Source: Paraphysomonas bandaiensis (lineage: Eukaryota; Protista; Chrysophyceae). From it: 34,434 nucleotides of DNA. The number at the start of each line of letters is the position of its first letter. Position 1 is the first letter of the stretch. The position numbers and the translations under genes were made by a program. A model generated the notes under the pieces. The model was not told the origin of the DNA, did no database searches, and saw only the letters and a list, made by a program, of their open reading frames with translations. The stretch is from assembly GCA_965644295.1 (NCBI GenBank), contig CBFFRP010000264.1, positions 1 to 34,434 of the forward strand, in the 5' to 3' direction. Below, one piece after another: positions 1 to 12,255 of the stretch.

Positions 1-204
1 ATTATGGAGGAGGAGACTCTTGATAGCGCACAAGAGTCTACTAAATTCGAGTCAGTGAGAAGGACCCTCAGGCTTATGCTTGGAGGGTTAGACCCTTCCA
101 TTGCCAATGCCAGTGAGGATCAAATCCGGGATATAGGCTTGGCATTTGGGTTGTCTGAGATCGAATCAGAGACGTTGGTGTCTCATTCGCATCGTATCAT
201 CTGA
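1..204 (+). CDS. Probable 3' end of a gene cut by the window edge; product unknown
   Basis: Protein-like open frame ending in TGA at 202-204, followed by AT-rich 3'-UTR-like sequence; no recognisable motif. Confidence 0.4.
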   Translation: MMEEETLDSAQESTKFESVRRTLRLMLGGLDPSIANASEDQIRDIGLAFGLSEIESETLVSHSHRII

Positions 205-547
205 AAAGTTGAGTAGTTAATCACTGTCCGTCCACTGTATGTTACATCGAATACCATTTTTTCTATTGTCACAATAATTATGACTTAAGCCCCTGATTTA
301 AGATTACTTTAATTAGAGCATTGTACATATATATTATTGCATGCAGTGCATTGTGTATAGAGCTTAGAAAATACAATATCAAAAAATACTACTAAAAGCA
401 TATTATACGTGTTCTGTGTTATCAGCAAACGGTATACTGTGCACAATCTTGGTGAGCTATCAGAACTTGGAAGTATAAATAAAATCACTGCTCCGCACAG
501 CCCCAAGCATAGACATAAGATCCTAAGTAATTCTCTATTATAAAAAT

Positions 548-1112
548 CTATACCGCTCGAGGTCGTTCAAGTGGTGGAGCATCTCCAATCGCAAATGTTT
601 CTGGCAACTGTTGAACTACTCCTTTTGCGCCACCAGACCAAGACAGCATAAAGCTATCGCATATCATACCTTCACTCTTCACCCCTCCCACAGAAGTTGG
701 CTTCACACGAAACGCATTGGGATCCTCATCCAAAATCGATCCAGCAGGAACAACAGCATCAGAGAGTGCAACAACAACCTTCCAACCGGCCTCAATATAC
801 TTTGCATTCGTCACAATCTGTACAGTGTCTCCTCTCTCATTAACTGCCACTTGAGTTACCTTCAAGTCCCTCTTACTAGGGACAGGCTCAACACTAATCA
901 CTGATCCCACCTAATGAACATTAACAAATATAAGAGGACATGTGGACACATACCACATAGTTTCTGAGTGATTCGTTCTGAGAGCTGCTAGCTGCTGTGT
1001 GTTTACTGAACTCATCGCCACACACAGTGCAAAACACCATATCATCACCAGCATCCTCGTCTATGTACTCCACCGGCTGCTCGCAATCACAGCTGCTGCA
1101 AAACATCTGCAT
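548..1112 (-). CDS. Zn-ribbon (CxxC...CxxC) plus tRNA-binding OB-fold protein (PheT-B2/Trbp111/CsaA-like); 2 exons
   Basis: Exon 1112-954 (MQMFCSSCDC...FCTVCGDEF...RNYV) and exon 910-548 (VGSVISVEPVP...VQIVTNAK...GGVKSEGMICDS) are joined in frame by a 43-nt GT-AG intron (953-911). VG.V..VE.., .QIVT.A and GV.SEGM.C match tRNA_bind-type OB-fold motifs. Confidence 0.75.
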
Positions 1113-1455
1113 CTTCTTATCTCTAGTTACTCTAGTTATCAAGAAAGCTACAGTGCCCAGAGTTATATAGAGATACACTGGCTCCTTGCTGTATGGACAT
1201 GTGCGTGTCTTACAAGTACGACGCTGTACATACTTTATGGATGCTAAATCCCTCTGTGTGTATACTCTGTATACAAATGTATACCTGTATACAGTGATGG
1301 ACACTCGTTGCTGCTTCAGAAAAATGAAAACTGAAAATCGCTCCACGGATATGACCTATAAAATATACAGAAAATTACAAGAGATTATTAAAAATCCAGT
1401 TTTGTGGAAGAAATAAGGGAGATTTGGAGTATCCTTGAAGAGAAAATGTGGCGTG

Positions 1456-1467
1456 GGTTCTAGAAAA
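1456..1467. promoter_or_regulatory. Heat-shock element core (TTCtaGAA) upstream of HSP70 copy 1
   Basis: gTTCtaGAAa at 1457-1466, about 130 bp before the HSP70 ATG; two canonical inverted nGAAn units. Confidence 0.55.
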
Positions 1468-1592
1468 GTGGCGGACGTCTGTGAGCCACATGTTTGAATT
1501 GCATCCGACTGCAAGTTGGTTGCAACAATCTGCAGAGCTCACCATAATTACACACACTTGTGTTGACAACAAACAAACAACTGCAAACAAAT

Positions 1593-3569
1593 ATGGCTGT
1601 GGAAGGAGCATCTGTTGGTATTGATTTGGGTACCACCTACTCTTGTGTGGGTGTGTGGCAGAATGATCGTGTTGAGATCATTGCCAATGACCAGGGTAAC
1701 AGAACCACCCCCTCTTATGTCGCTTTCAACGAGACTGAGAGACTTATTGGTGATGCCGCCAAGAACCAGGTTGCGATGAACGCCGCTAACACAGTCTTTG
1801 ATGCTAAGCGTCTCATTGGTCGTCGCTTCACTGATAGCGTTGTTCAGAGCGATCTCAAGCACTGGCCATTCACTGTTCTGGATGGTCCTAATGGCAAGCC
1901 TATCATCCAGGTCACCTTCAAGGGAGAGGTCAAGCAGTTCGCCGCTGAGGAGATTTCTTCCATGGTTCTCATGAAGATGAAGGAGATTGCCGAGGCTTAT
2001 CTTGGACGTGAAGTCAAGAACGCCGTTATCACTGTCCCTGCCTACTTCAATGACTCCCAGAGACAGGCTACCAAGGACGCTGGTGTTATTTCTGGCCTCA
2101 ACGTGATGCGTATCATCAACGAGCCCACTGCCGCTGCTATTGCTTACGGTCTTGATAAGAAGGGTGCTGAGAAGAATGTGCTTATCTTCGATCTTGGTGG
2201 AGGGACCTTCGATGTCTCTCTTCTCACTATTGAGGAGGGCATTTTCGAGGTTAAGGCCACTGCTGGTGATACTCACTTGGGTGGTGAGGATTTTGACAAC
2301 CGCATGGTTGAGTACTTCGTTCAGGAGTTCAAGCGCAAGTTCCGCAAGGACATTGGAGAGAACCAGCGTGCTCTTCGTCGTCTCCGCACTGCTTGCGAAC
2401 GCGCCAAGCGCACACTTTCTTCCTCTACTCAGGCTCACATCGAAATTGATTCTCTGTACGAGGGAACTGACTTCAACTCTGTTATTACCAGAGCTAGGTT
2501 TGAGGACATGAACATGGACTACTTCCGCAAGTGCATGGACCCCGTTGAGAAGGTTCTCAGAGATTCCAAGCTCTCCAAGTCTCAGGTCCACGAGATCGTA
2601 CTTGTCGGTGGTTCCACCCGTATCCCCAAGATTCAGGAGATGCTCAGCGAGTTCTTCAATGGCAAGGAGCTCAACAAGTCCATCAACCCTGACGAGGCTG
2701 TTGCTTACGGTGCTACCGTCCAGGCTGCTATCCTTTCTGGCTCTGACCAGTCTGAGAAGCTCCAGGATCTTCTCTTGTTGGATGTGACCCCTCTTTCTCT
2801 CGGTATCGAGACTGCTGGTGGTGTCATGACTGCTCTTATCAAGAGAAACACAACTGTTCCTGCCAAGAAGTCTCAGACCTTCTCCACCTATGCCGACAAC
2901 CAGCCTGGTGTGCTTATCCAGGTGTTCGAGGGTGAGCGTGCTATGACCAAGGACAACAACATCCTCGGAAAGTTCCAGTTGGAGGGCATTCCTCCCATGC
3001 CTCGTGGTGTTCCCCAGATTGATGTCACCTTCGACATTGATGCTAATGGTATCTTGAACGTGTCAGCTGCCGAGAAGTCTACTGGCAAGGAGCAGAAGAT
3101 CACCATCAAGAACGACAAGGGACGCATGAGCGCCGAGGAGATCGAGAGACTTGTTCAGGAGGCTGAGAGATACAAGGCCGAGGATGAGTCTAACCGTGCC
3201 CGCATCGAAGCCAAGAACTCTCTTGAGAACTATGCTTACCAGATGCGCAACACAATGAACGACGAGAAGATGGCTGACAAGATCTCTGCCGATGATAAGG
3301 CCAAGATTGATGCCGCTATTAGCGAGACTACACAGTGGTTGGACAACAACCAGAACGCTGAGAAGGAGGAGTATGAGGCCAAGCAGAAGTCTCTGGAGTC
3401 TGTTGTTCTTCCTATCTTGCAGAACCTCTCTGGTGGTGCTGAGGGTGGTATGCCTGGCGGCATGCCTGGTGGAATGCCCGGAGGATTCCCAGGTGGTGCC
3501 CCTGGCGCTGCTCCTGGCCCCTCTGCTGCCCCTGCCGATGAGGGACCCAAGATTGAGGAGATCGACTAA
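1593..3569 (+). CDS. HSP70: Cytosolic heat shock protein 70, copy 1 (intronless)
   Basis: [50 protein letters not shown] signatures; GGMP repeats; C-terminal GPKIEEID. The true ATG is at 1593 (the ORF track starts at an upstream TTG). Confidence 0.99.
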   Translation: MAVEGASVGIDLGTTYSCVGVWQNDRVEIIANDQGNRTTPSYVAFNETERLIGDAAKNQVAMNAANTVFDAKRLIGRRFTDSVVQSDLKHWPFTVLDGPNGKPIIQVTFKGEVKQFAAEEISSMVLMKMKEIAEAYLGREVKNAVITVPAYFNDSQRQATKDAGVISGLNVMRIINEPTAAAIAYGLDKKGAEKNVLIFDLGGGTFDVSLLTIEEGIFEVKATAGDTHLGGEDFDNRMVEYFVQEFKRKFRKDIGENQRALRRLRTACERAKRTLSSSTQAHIEIDSLYEGTDFNSVITRARFEDMNMDYFRKCMDPVEKVLRDSKLSKSQVHEIVLVGGSTRIPKIQEMLSEFFNGKELNKSINPDEAVAYGATVQAAILSGSDQSEKLQDLLLLDVTPLSLGIETAGGVMTALIKRNTTVPAKKSQTFSTYADNQPGVLIQVFEGERAMTKDNNILGKFQLEGIPPMPRGVPQIDVTFDIDANGILNVSAAEKSTGKEQKITIKNDKGRMSAEEIERLVQEAERYKAEDESNRARIEAKNSLENYAYQMRNTMNDEKMADKISADDKAKIDAAISETTQWLDNNQNAEKEEYEAKQKSLESVVLPILQNLSGGAEGGMPGGMPGGMPGGFPGGAPGAAPGPSAAPADEGPKIEEID

Positions 3570-4611
3570 ACTGATTAGCTTCTATACTCAGTATAGTAAT
3601 TTTAGGGATAGATTGTCCAAATGTATTCATATAGATGTTTGCATTTTGACATTTATAACTTAAACTATTTCTACTATTTTAATCATACAAAGTTCTGTGG
3701 CCCCATTTCTTTTGAGTAGTGTAGATGTGCTTCTATGAGTCGTTAATCAAAACGTTTCCATATCTAGTATTAAATCTAGTTTTTATGCGTTTAGAATGGA
3801 AGATATTTCTCATACAAAGTTGAATAACTCAATAAAATAACATCTAGGGCTAGTTTCGGTATTTGATGAAAGTTACACTTCGTATTATTAGAATACAAAG
3901 ATTGGTTATATAAACTTCACATTAAGGATATGGCCATTTAGTATGACAGCAAGTCACGTTTGAACAGGGCATTAGCACCACACACATTTGCGTATCTTGT
4001 ACAGTCGGTAATTATCAATCGCTACGATGTAGGCTGCTAAATTTATTACATTCATTAACATAAAACATCTTTAATGTATATCGTATAGAGGATCTCTTTC
4101 CTCTACTATTCCTCATCAATTCATATAGACACTCTTTACAAAATTGGCGTAATCTTTTGATGACATCTTCTCTTTCATTCTTGATCTAATATAGTATATG
4201 GTATATTGCTATCTTTTATACACGCCAAAAGCCATACTTCTCTCTAGAGTATCAGAAATAATGTTTTGTTCAATATTAAAATCTATTTATAGCGTGCGTT
4301 TACACAAAGAGGATGCGGATTGGCGGAGGAAAGAATAAGTCTCCAATTTTGTATTCTGTATCATGTATCAGAGAGTTAAGTGTTCGTAACCCGAGATACA
4401 TGGACGAGAGTGTATGTTGGGGCCCCTGCCTGTGCGTCTTTCCAATTGAGCCTCGGTGATAGTTCCTGTCCTAATTCGTTCAACCGAGGTACTTCAAGCT
4501 CTGCTGGAATGTTTCTTGAGAATGGCGTAACTCCAAGGTGGTAGGGTCGGGTCAATTAGGAGTTTCCGCAGACACTCCTTGTATGTGAGAGATAGAGGTG
4601 TGTGGACAGTC

Positions 4612-4859
4612 GCCTTCTGGTGGGCACTGTCCCGGATGCCCTTGAGGTGGGCCCATATCCGGATGCCTGTTTATTTGTCAGGGCCCAAAGACATCTACAC
4701 AAGTGACACTTATATTTGATTATAACACACAAGCATTTGAGTGGGCAGAATGTTATCTGCTGCCTATATTTGCGGCTCACGTTAGTTTCCCGGAGAAATA
4801 CCTCCGGTACTTATCCTCCAGAACACCACGAAAAGGTGCGAATCCGACTTTGTTGAGGG
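4612..4859 (+). mobile_element. Repeat family A copy (5'-truncated), unclassified non-autonomous element
   Basis: Shares CCCGGATGCC, GGGCCCAAAGAC.TCTACACAAGTGACAC, CCGGAGAAATA.CTCCGG and GGTGCGA.TCCGACTTTGTTGAGGG with 11217-11570, 22894-23268 (reverse) and 32122-32487. Confidence 0.8.
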
Positions 4860-5212
4860 TCACAGAAAGTGTATTGTTTCGGCCTAGCATACGGGCAACC
4901 TCCATCCATTCACCTCTGCAACCGCGTCAGCTACATAACTGTGCTTCTATCAGGCTTTAATAAAGCGGCATACACACGATTGCATTTTTACGCCGCAAAC
5001 CATTTTTTATTCATTTTTAAAGCTACTTATCGGGGAGTTTATGATGGAATGGTAGAGTAAAGAAGAACGAAACTTTATCAGTTCCTTCAATTTTCTTTAT
5101 ATATATATAGTTACCTGTACAATTCTGATGTAGTTACCTGTCCTATACATTGTATAGATGTACTTCTAACTTCTATATGCCTTCTTTTATTCGGAATAGA
5201 AATATAGCATGT

Positions 5213-5368
5213 GGGGTTTCAGCACTAAAAACCGTGTGATAATGATGTAGCTAGTTGGTTTCAGTAGGTAGCTAGCAAATAACATATGGGACTTAATCAA
5301 GTATTAGTTAGACACCAACCCGACTCTACCTAAGTACGCGCTCAGAATGGAGCATAGGAGTGTATCAC
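5213..5368 (+). repeat. Dispersed repeat family C copy (inverted partner at about 30411-30590)
   Basis: GTGATAATGATGTAGCTAGTTGGTT.CAGTAGGTAGCTAGCAAATAAC.TATGGGACTTAA...CTCTACCTAAGTACG.GCTCAGAATGG is found reverse-complemented at 30411-30590. Confidence 0.8.
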
Positions 5369-5922
5369 TATTTAGCAACCCTACTCGAATAATCCGAGAT
5401 TTTAATACATTTTTACTGTCTATACTGTATGGTCACATGAAAAGTCAATGACTAATTTACATTTTTGATATCATTTGATAAGAAATGATTTTTACCAGGT
5501 TCATATAGAATACTTTTGAAATAAATAAATAAATAAACACAAAATACATCAAGCAGCCCAAACGAAGCACAACGACGACATAACAGTGACTATTCTGCAG
5601 TAATATATTATGCATCTTTCGATACATATGCCGCGAAAATAGATATATCAATGCCACTAAGCCAACATTAATACAATATTCCTACGCCATGTATAAAAGT
5701 GATTAAAATAATATTGCACCTGTGTAAAAGCACTTGCCCTTATACTCGACTACTGTGTGTCGGGATCTCTCCTCCATCTTTTTAGCAAATTATGGAGCTC
5801 ATGAGCGGACTAAGCTGGCCACGATGGTGTTTCTGGAACCAAATGGTTAGCTTGCTGCAACCCATTGACATGTACTGTGGTCTCTGTTGTCACAGACCCA
5901 GAGCAAAGGTATGATATAAGCT

Positions 5923-5961
5923 TGACGCTTCCTTGTTATATTCCTGACGCTTCCTTGTTAT
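5923..5961. repeat. Short direct repeat (TGACGCTTCCTTGTTAT x2, 22-bp period)
   Basis: Identical 17-mers at 5923-5939 and 5945-5961. Confidence 0.75.
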
Positions 5962-7433
5962 CCTGGAGACAACGTTTTCTCCCTCGCCTTGAGAGCTTAA
6001 GATTCCGTCCACCCGTCTACAATGTGGTTGCTGCAATGTTTCTGGATTAAGAGTGATATATAATCTGCATGGAGTGTGAATTGTCAAAATATATAAAAAC
6101 CTTTTACCTCGACATAATTTCGCTGATGGCATCATACTCAGACAAGAACTCATTAGTGGACTGCCAAACACATGAATAAACATTGAACAGCTATCTGTTG
6201 GTATATCTTCTATTTGCATCTATTCAGCTGTGCGTATGCGCTGCTCTGTATTCAAGTAAACAGTAAACAGGGGGCGGCGGAACAGTAAAAATATACTGAC
6301 TAGTGCCTTTCGGCTACTCTCTTATTGTGTGATCATCACTCTGAGTATCACCTAATGGATAAGTTAGCTCTTTCTTCCCTCTTGTCAAGTGTAATACAGG
6401 TTACAAGATATTCATATTTCGTAATGTCACATGAACTTATATTAATTGATCTCATGTTATTATTATGGAAGGATCAGTGCATCATATAAGGGGCTATGTC
6501 AATGTGATCCTTATATTAAGTGTCATTCTCGTCTTTGGTTTGAAGGTATATACTAATATGAGAGTGAAACTTATAGACATTCTTGTAGTATCCTCTGCGT
6601 ATTGATGTATATGAGTACTCTGTTGAAGCATGTCACTCATTGTTGACGTACAGCATACTCTGCGGAGCCGAATATCTCCCTGCACTCGATTGTCATGCAA
6701 CAGCAGTGGAGCCTTTAGGAAATGCGATTGGATAATATTGTGAAATATTTGATAAGATGCAGAGCGTATGAAGAAGTGACTCTTCAGAGTTGGATAATAG
6801 AGAGACCCACGCAAGAATAACCCCCACCCTCTTCACCCTCGCTTATAGAAACACCCTAAATACCCCTAGAAACGAGAGGAAAAATCCCACGATTGCATAA
6901 TGCTCACTTACTGTAGCAAAGGTTGCATGTATATGGCAATGGCCTGTAGCTGTTTGTGTGCTAGTGCGTCGGTCAATGTCACTCCGCTGAAATTATCACA
7001 CCAACAGCGAGCGGATGATGAATGAGTAGATCGGAATTAATTCCTGTAAAGGAAGTCACACACTGCTAGTGGTTAGATGAGGATGCTGCAAAGAGCGTGT
7101 CAATCACTGTCGTCTACAGAGGCGGGCAGTCGTGTGTTGGCTGTGTATCTTGTACCCATATACACACCTACAGACGTGCTGCAGTACATCGTACAGAGTA
7201 CGGAACAGTCTGCGAGAATTCTTGGAAAAACTGAAATCTCTGGAATCTCCCTCTGTATGTATATACAGACGTATACCTGTATACAGTGAAAACCAAGCAT
7301 CTGAAGTGTGAGACCTGCTAAAACAAAAACTGAAAATGATTCAAAGATATGGTATGAAGAGAAAATTAAAAATCCAGTTTTGTGGAAGAAATAAGGGAGA
7401 TTTGGAGTATCCTTGAAGAGAAAATGTGGCGTG

Positions 7434-7445
7434 GGTTCTAGAAAA
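7434..7445. promoter_or_regulatory. Heat-shock element core upstream of HSP70 copy 2
   Basis: Same gTTCtaGAAa motif as in copy 1, inside the identical promoter tract. Confidence 0.55.
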
Positions 7446-7570
7446 GTGGCGGACGTCTGTGAGCCACATGTTTGAATTGCATCCGACTGCAAGTTGGTTG
7501 CAACAATCTGCAGAGCTCACCATAATTACACACACTTGTGTTGACAACAAACAAACAACTGCAAACAAAT

Positions 7571-9535
7571 ATGGCTGTGGAAGGAGCATCTGTTGGTATT
7601 GATTTGGGTACCACCTACTCTTGTGTGGGTGTGTGGCAGAATGATCGTGTTGAGATCATTGCCAATGACCAGGGTAACAGAACCACCCCCTCTTATGTCG
7701 CTTTCAACGAGACTGAGAGACTTATTGGTGATGCCGCCAAGAACCAGGTTGCGATGAACGCCGCTAACACAGTCTTTGATGCTAAGCGTCTCATTGGTCG
7801 TCGCTTCACTGATAGCGTTGTTCAGAGCGATCTCAAGCACTGGCCATTCACTGTTCTGGATGGTCCTAATGGCAAGCCTATCATCCAGGTCACCTTCAAG
7901 GGAGAGGTCAAGCAGTTCGCCGCTGAGGAGATTTCTTCCATGGTTCTCATGAAGATGAAGGAGATTGCCGAGGCTTATCTTGGACGTGAAGTCAAGAACG
8001 CCGTTATCACTGTCCCCGCCTACTTCAATGACTCCCAGAGACAGGCTACCAAGGACGCTGGTGTTATTTCTGGCCTCAATGTGATGCGTATCATCAACGA
8101 GCCCACTGCCGCTGCTATTGCTTACGGTCTTGATAAGAAGGGTGCTGAGAAGAATGTGCTTATCTTCGATCTTGGTGGAGGGACCTTCGATGTCTCTCTT
8201 CTCACTATTGAGGAGGGCATTTTCGAGGTTAAGGCTACTGCTGGTGATACTCACTTGGGTGGTGAGGATTTTGACAACCGCATGGTTGAGTACTTCGTTC
8301 AGGAGTTCAAGCGCAAGTTCCGCAAGGACATTGGAGAGAACCAGCGTGCTCTTCGTCGTCTCCGCACTGCTTGCGAACGCGCCAAGCGCACACTTTCTTC
8401 CTCTACTCAGGCTCACATCGAAATTGATTCTCTGTACGAGGGAACTGACTTCAACTCTGTTATTACCAGAGCTAGGTTTGAGGACATGAACATGGACTAC
8501 TTCCGCAAGTGCATGGACCCCGTTGAGAAGGTTCTCAGAGATTCCAAGCTCTCCAAGTCTCAGGTCCACGAGATCGTACTTGTCGGTGGTTCCACCCGTA
8601 TCCCCAAGATTCAGGAGATGCTCAGCGAGTTCTTCAATGGCAAGGAGCTCAACAAGTCCATCAACCCTGACGAGGCTGTTGCTTACGGTGCTACCGTCCA
8701 GGCTGCTATCCTTTCTGGCTCTGACCAGTCCGAGAAGCTCCAGGATCTTCTCTTGTTGGATGTGACCCCTCTTTCTCTCGGTATCGAGACTGCTGGTGGT
8801 GTCATGACTGCTCTTATCAAGAGAAACACAACTGTTCCTGCCAAGAAGTCTCAGACCTTCTCCACCTATGCCGACAACCAGCCTGGTGTGCTTATCCAGG
8901 TGTTCGAGGGTGAGCGTGCTATGACCAAGGACAACAACATCCTCGGAAAGTTCCAGTTGGAGGGCATTCCTCCCATGCCTCGTGGTGTTCCCCAGATTGA
9001 TGTCACCTTCGACATTGATGCTAATGGTATCTTGAACGTGTCAGCTGCCGAGAAGTCTACTGGCAAGGAGCAGAAGATCACCATCAAGAACGACAAGGGA
9101 CGCATGAGCGCCGAGGAGATCGAGAGACTTGTTCAGGAGGCTGAGAGATACAAGGCCGAGGATGAGTCTAACCGTGCCCGCATCGAAGCCAAGAACTCTC
9201 TTGAGAACTATGCTTACCAGATGCGCAACACAATGAACGACGAGAAGATGGCTGACAAGATCTCTGCCGATGATAAGGCCAAGATTGATGCCGCTATTAG
9301 CGAGACTACACAGTGGTTGGACAACAACCAGAACGCTGAGAAGGAGGAGTACGAGGCCAAGCAGAAGTCTCTGGAGTCTGTTGTTCTTCCTATCTTGCAG
9401 AACCTCTCTGGTGGTGCTGAGGGTGGTATGCCTGGCGGCATGCCCGGAGGATTCCCAGGTGGTGCTCCTGGCGCTGCTCCTGGCCCCTCTGCTGCCCCTG
9501 CCGATGAGGGACCCAAGATTGAGGAGATCGACTAA
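7571..9535 (+). CDS. HSP70: Cytosolic heat shock protein 70, copy 2 (intronless; one GGMP repeat shorter)
   Basis: Protein identical to copy 1 except for a 4-aa GGMP deletion; ATG at 7571. Confidence 0.99.
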   Translation: MAVEGASVGIDLGTTYSCVGVWQNDRVEIIANDQGNRTTPSYVAFNETERLIGDAAKNQVAMNAANTVFDAKRLIGRRFTDSVVQSDLKHWPFTVLDGPNGKPIIQVTFKGEVKQFAAEEISSMVLMKMKEIAEAYLGREVKNAVITVPAYFNDSQRQATKDAGVISGLNVMRIINEPTAAAIAYGLDKKGAEKNVLIFDLGGGTFDVSLLTIEEGIFEVKATAGDTHLGGEDFDNRMVEYFVQEFKRKFRKDIGENQRALRRLRTACERAKRTLSSSTQAHIEIDSLYEGTDFNSVITRARFEDMNMDYFRKCMDPVEKVLRDSKLSKSQVHEIVLVGGSTRIPKIQEMLSEFFNGKELNKSINPDEAVAYGATVQAAILSGSDQSEKLQDLLLLDVTPLSLGIETAGGVMTALIKRNTTVPAKKSQTFSTYADNQPGVLIQVFEGERAMTKDNNILGKFQLEGIPPMPRGVPQIDVTFDIDANGILNVSAAEKSTGKEQKITIKNDKGRMSAEEIERLVQEAERYKAEDESNRARIEAKNSLENYAYQMRNTMNDEKMADKISADDKAKIDAAISETTQWLDNNQNAEKEEYEAKQKSLESVVLPILQNLSGGAEGGMPGGMPGGFPGGAPGAAPGPSAAPADEGPKIEEID

Positions 9536-10838
9536 ACTGATTAGCTTCTATACTCAGTATAGTAATTTTAGGGATAGATTGTCCAAATGTATTCATATAG
9601 ATGTTTGCATTTTGACATTTATAACTTAAACTATTTCTACTATTTTAATCATACAATGCTCTGTGACCCCATTTCTTTTAAGTAGCTTAGATGTGCATCT
9701 CTTGGTCGGTAATAAAGCGACATTCTATCATATTTGTAAGCAAGTTTTCGAGGGTTTTTATGCGTCTAGAATGGAAGGTAATTCTACTACTTTACTGACA
9801 TACAAAGTTGAGTAACTCCATAAAATAAGATTTAGAGCTAGTTTTGATATTTGATGAAAGCTACACTTCGTATTATTAGAATACAAAGATTGGTTATATA
9901 AACTTCACATTAAGGATAAGGCCAAATAGTATGACAGCAAGACACGTTTGCACAGGGCATTAGCACCACACGCATTTGCGTATCTTGTAAAGTCGGTAAT
10001 TAAGAATATTTTACAGTTCATATGTCCTTGAAAATTAATTATCCGACAAAGAGTACTCTACCGCTACGATGTAGGCTGCTAAATTTATTACATTCATTAT
10101 CATGGAACATTTTTAATGTATATTGAATAACGAATGTAGATAGTAGCATGTAGCATCCGGAATCTATTCGTCGTATTATAATAACGAATTAGATGGCGCA
10201 GTTCTAAATATATGATATATGCAACCGTGCAACCCCATTGTGTTAAAACGAATAGCGTAGTTCAGATATGTGGTTTTGTTCAAGCCCGGAATAGTGTGTT
10301 GACAGCCCTCAAGACAGTATCCAGTAATAGATTTACGATTTAGTCTGCTTGGTAGTAGCTCGCATGCCAATTACCAAGAGTATTAGATATAACTACGGTA
10401 TTGCCTATTGGTCATTTTCAAAATTAAGATCATTAAGAGAAGTTTTTTGTAATAATAAAGAATTGATCTTTATAATAGTAAAACAATGTTGTGATTATTA
10501 GAGTGTAAGTAATGAACACGATAGAGTGAAAATTATGAATAACAATATAGAACGTACTATCATGCACAACGGAATAGTTAGAAGTGTAACTGATAATGAC
10601 GACGTTATGATGACGATCACGTATCTTCGACAGATACTCTCTCTAATTCAGTTCATGGTGTATTTCATTGAACATTGTAACTCACAGATACAATCATGTA
10701 TTAAGCTGAATCCTAATACGCCCCCTCAATGAAATAATCAGTGAACCGTAGATAATAGAGAGAATATGAACTTATGCACACTGAGAGTAAAAACCAGAGT
10801 AGCAGTCACTAGTCAATAATAAGCGAACTGCAGAGATG

Positions 10839-11020
10839 ACACATTTGCGTATCTTGTACAGTCGCTAAGTAAGTATATTTCATAGGTCCAGGAATATTAA
10901 TTATCCGACAAACAGTACTTTACAGCTACGATGTAGGCTACTAAATTTATTACATTCTAGTGTGGGTTCACATAAAGAGGATGCGGATTGGCGAAGGAAA
11001 GAAAGAATCACCAATTTTTC
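10839..11020 (+). repeat. Third, diverged fragment of the HSP70 downstream flank
   Basis: CATTTGCGTATCTTGTA.AGTCG...GCTACGATGTAGGCT.CTAAATTTATTACATTC matches 3985-4053 and 9973-10095; AAAGAGGATGCGGATTGGCG matches 4306-4325. Confidence 0.75.
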
Positions 11021-11216
11021 CTTAGATTGATTATGCACCCACATATACAACATATCGAATAGATACACATCATTTTGCCTTTTATTAGGAATAGAGAGGA
11101 ATATATTACTATATATATTATTTTTCGCCAAAACTGAGGTTGAGTCAATAGCTTTGGCGCTACGAAAGCTGCTTGTGCGTCACCCCAAGCACCAACGTGC
11201 AACCATTTTTTCTTTA

Positions 11217-11570
11217 TCACTATAAGTTAACGCAGACAGCAAGCAGAATGTCGATATATTGCTAACCCAGGTTTTTTGACTCCTTAAGGTGAATAGCCTG
11301 GATGCTTGACTACAGCAGGCAGCCCTATAACCCGGATGATTTTATGGTGGGCCCATTCCCGGATGCCTGTTTTTATCAAGGCCCAAAGACGTCTACACAG
11401 GTGACACTAATCAGTGTCCCTTGTACCACACAAGCATTCGGCTGTGAGTGGGCAGAACAATATCTGCTGACTGTATATGCGGCTCACGTTAGCTTTCCGG
11501 ATAAAAAATATCACCGATAAGTATCCCCCAAAACACCACAAAATGGTGCGAGACCAACTTAATTGAGGGG
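11217..11570 (+). mobile_element. Repeat family A copy (near full length, diverged)
   Basis: Aligns end to end with 32122-32487, from TCACT...AGCAAGCAGAATG to TTGAGGGG. Confidence 0.8.
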
Positions 11571-12255
11571 CTAATATACATTTCCGATATCTTGAAACAA
11601 TGTAGAGTGTTTCATGATTGCAGTTATCCATATGCTCGTCTTATGGTGTTATACACGTATGTGTTCCTACTGTCGTACGCATTCATATTTCATTTAGTTG
11701 TGAAGTTTCTATGATGACAATGAGGGCAGTCAGTGAACTCTAGTCCATATCAACCTGTAGCCTCTATGAATAGCAACCATATGAGGACATGCATGCAATA
11801 CTACACTATGAACCGATCGTTTAACTAACCACAAGTATACTGTAACTGAATCATACAGTGGTGAGATGACGATGATGTTACCTTATCCTCAGCAGCTCGT
11901 AATGTGTATGACACTCTCCATGTGACTGCTGTGGACATACATGAGCACTGTGGACACCCAGCAGCACACCCAGCCGTATGTTTGTATGTACAGACTTGGA
12001 GTTATTTCCATCCACTCAATTCCTATTCATTGATGCTGATTGGTTGATATTCAGGATTGATGTGTACCAGTGAGTGGGTGTGTTTTTGTATATGGAGGTG
12101 TACAGTAGTCGCATGTATGTATGTGTATGTATGTATGAGGAGTGGTCATGGGCTCCTATTAATACCACCCCCCACCCCTCCATATACACTCTAATAACCC
12201 ACACACTTGGGTCTCACTTCACTGAACCCACTACAACTATCTCCTAGACTGAAAC

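Larger units (their letters stand above)
1387..4080 (+). repeat. Direct segmental duplication unit containing HSP70 (partner about 7365-10123)
   Basis: 1387-3690 is near-identical to 7365-9656; the downstream flanks still align but are visibly diverged and carry indels. Confidence 0.92.

Noticed and set aside
1548-2591. 347-aa antisense ORF opposite HSP70 (also 7526-8569)
   Set aside because: Long antisense frames are a known by-product of HSP70 codon bias, historically mislabelled as NAD-glutamate dehydrogenase; there is no independent evidence of a gene.
3555-3569. HSP70 ending in EEID rather than EEVD
   Set aside because: A common variant in stramenopile cytosolic HSP70s; useful only as a taxonomic hint.
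2140-3663. Short alternative-frame and antisense ORFs inside HSP70 (and their duplicates in copy 2)
   Set aside because: Shadow ORFs of a highly biased CDS.
5865-6814. Short ORFs between the HSP70 copies
   Set aside because: No recognisable motifs or consistent splice model; may be decayed coding sequence but cannot be supported.
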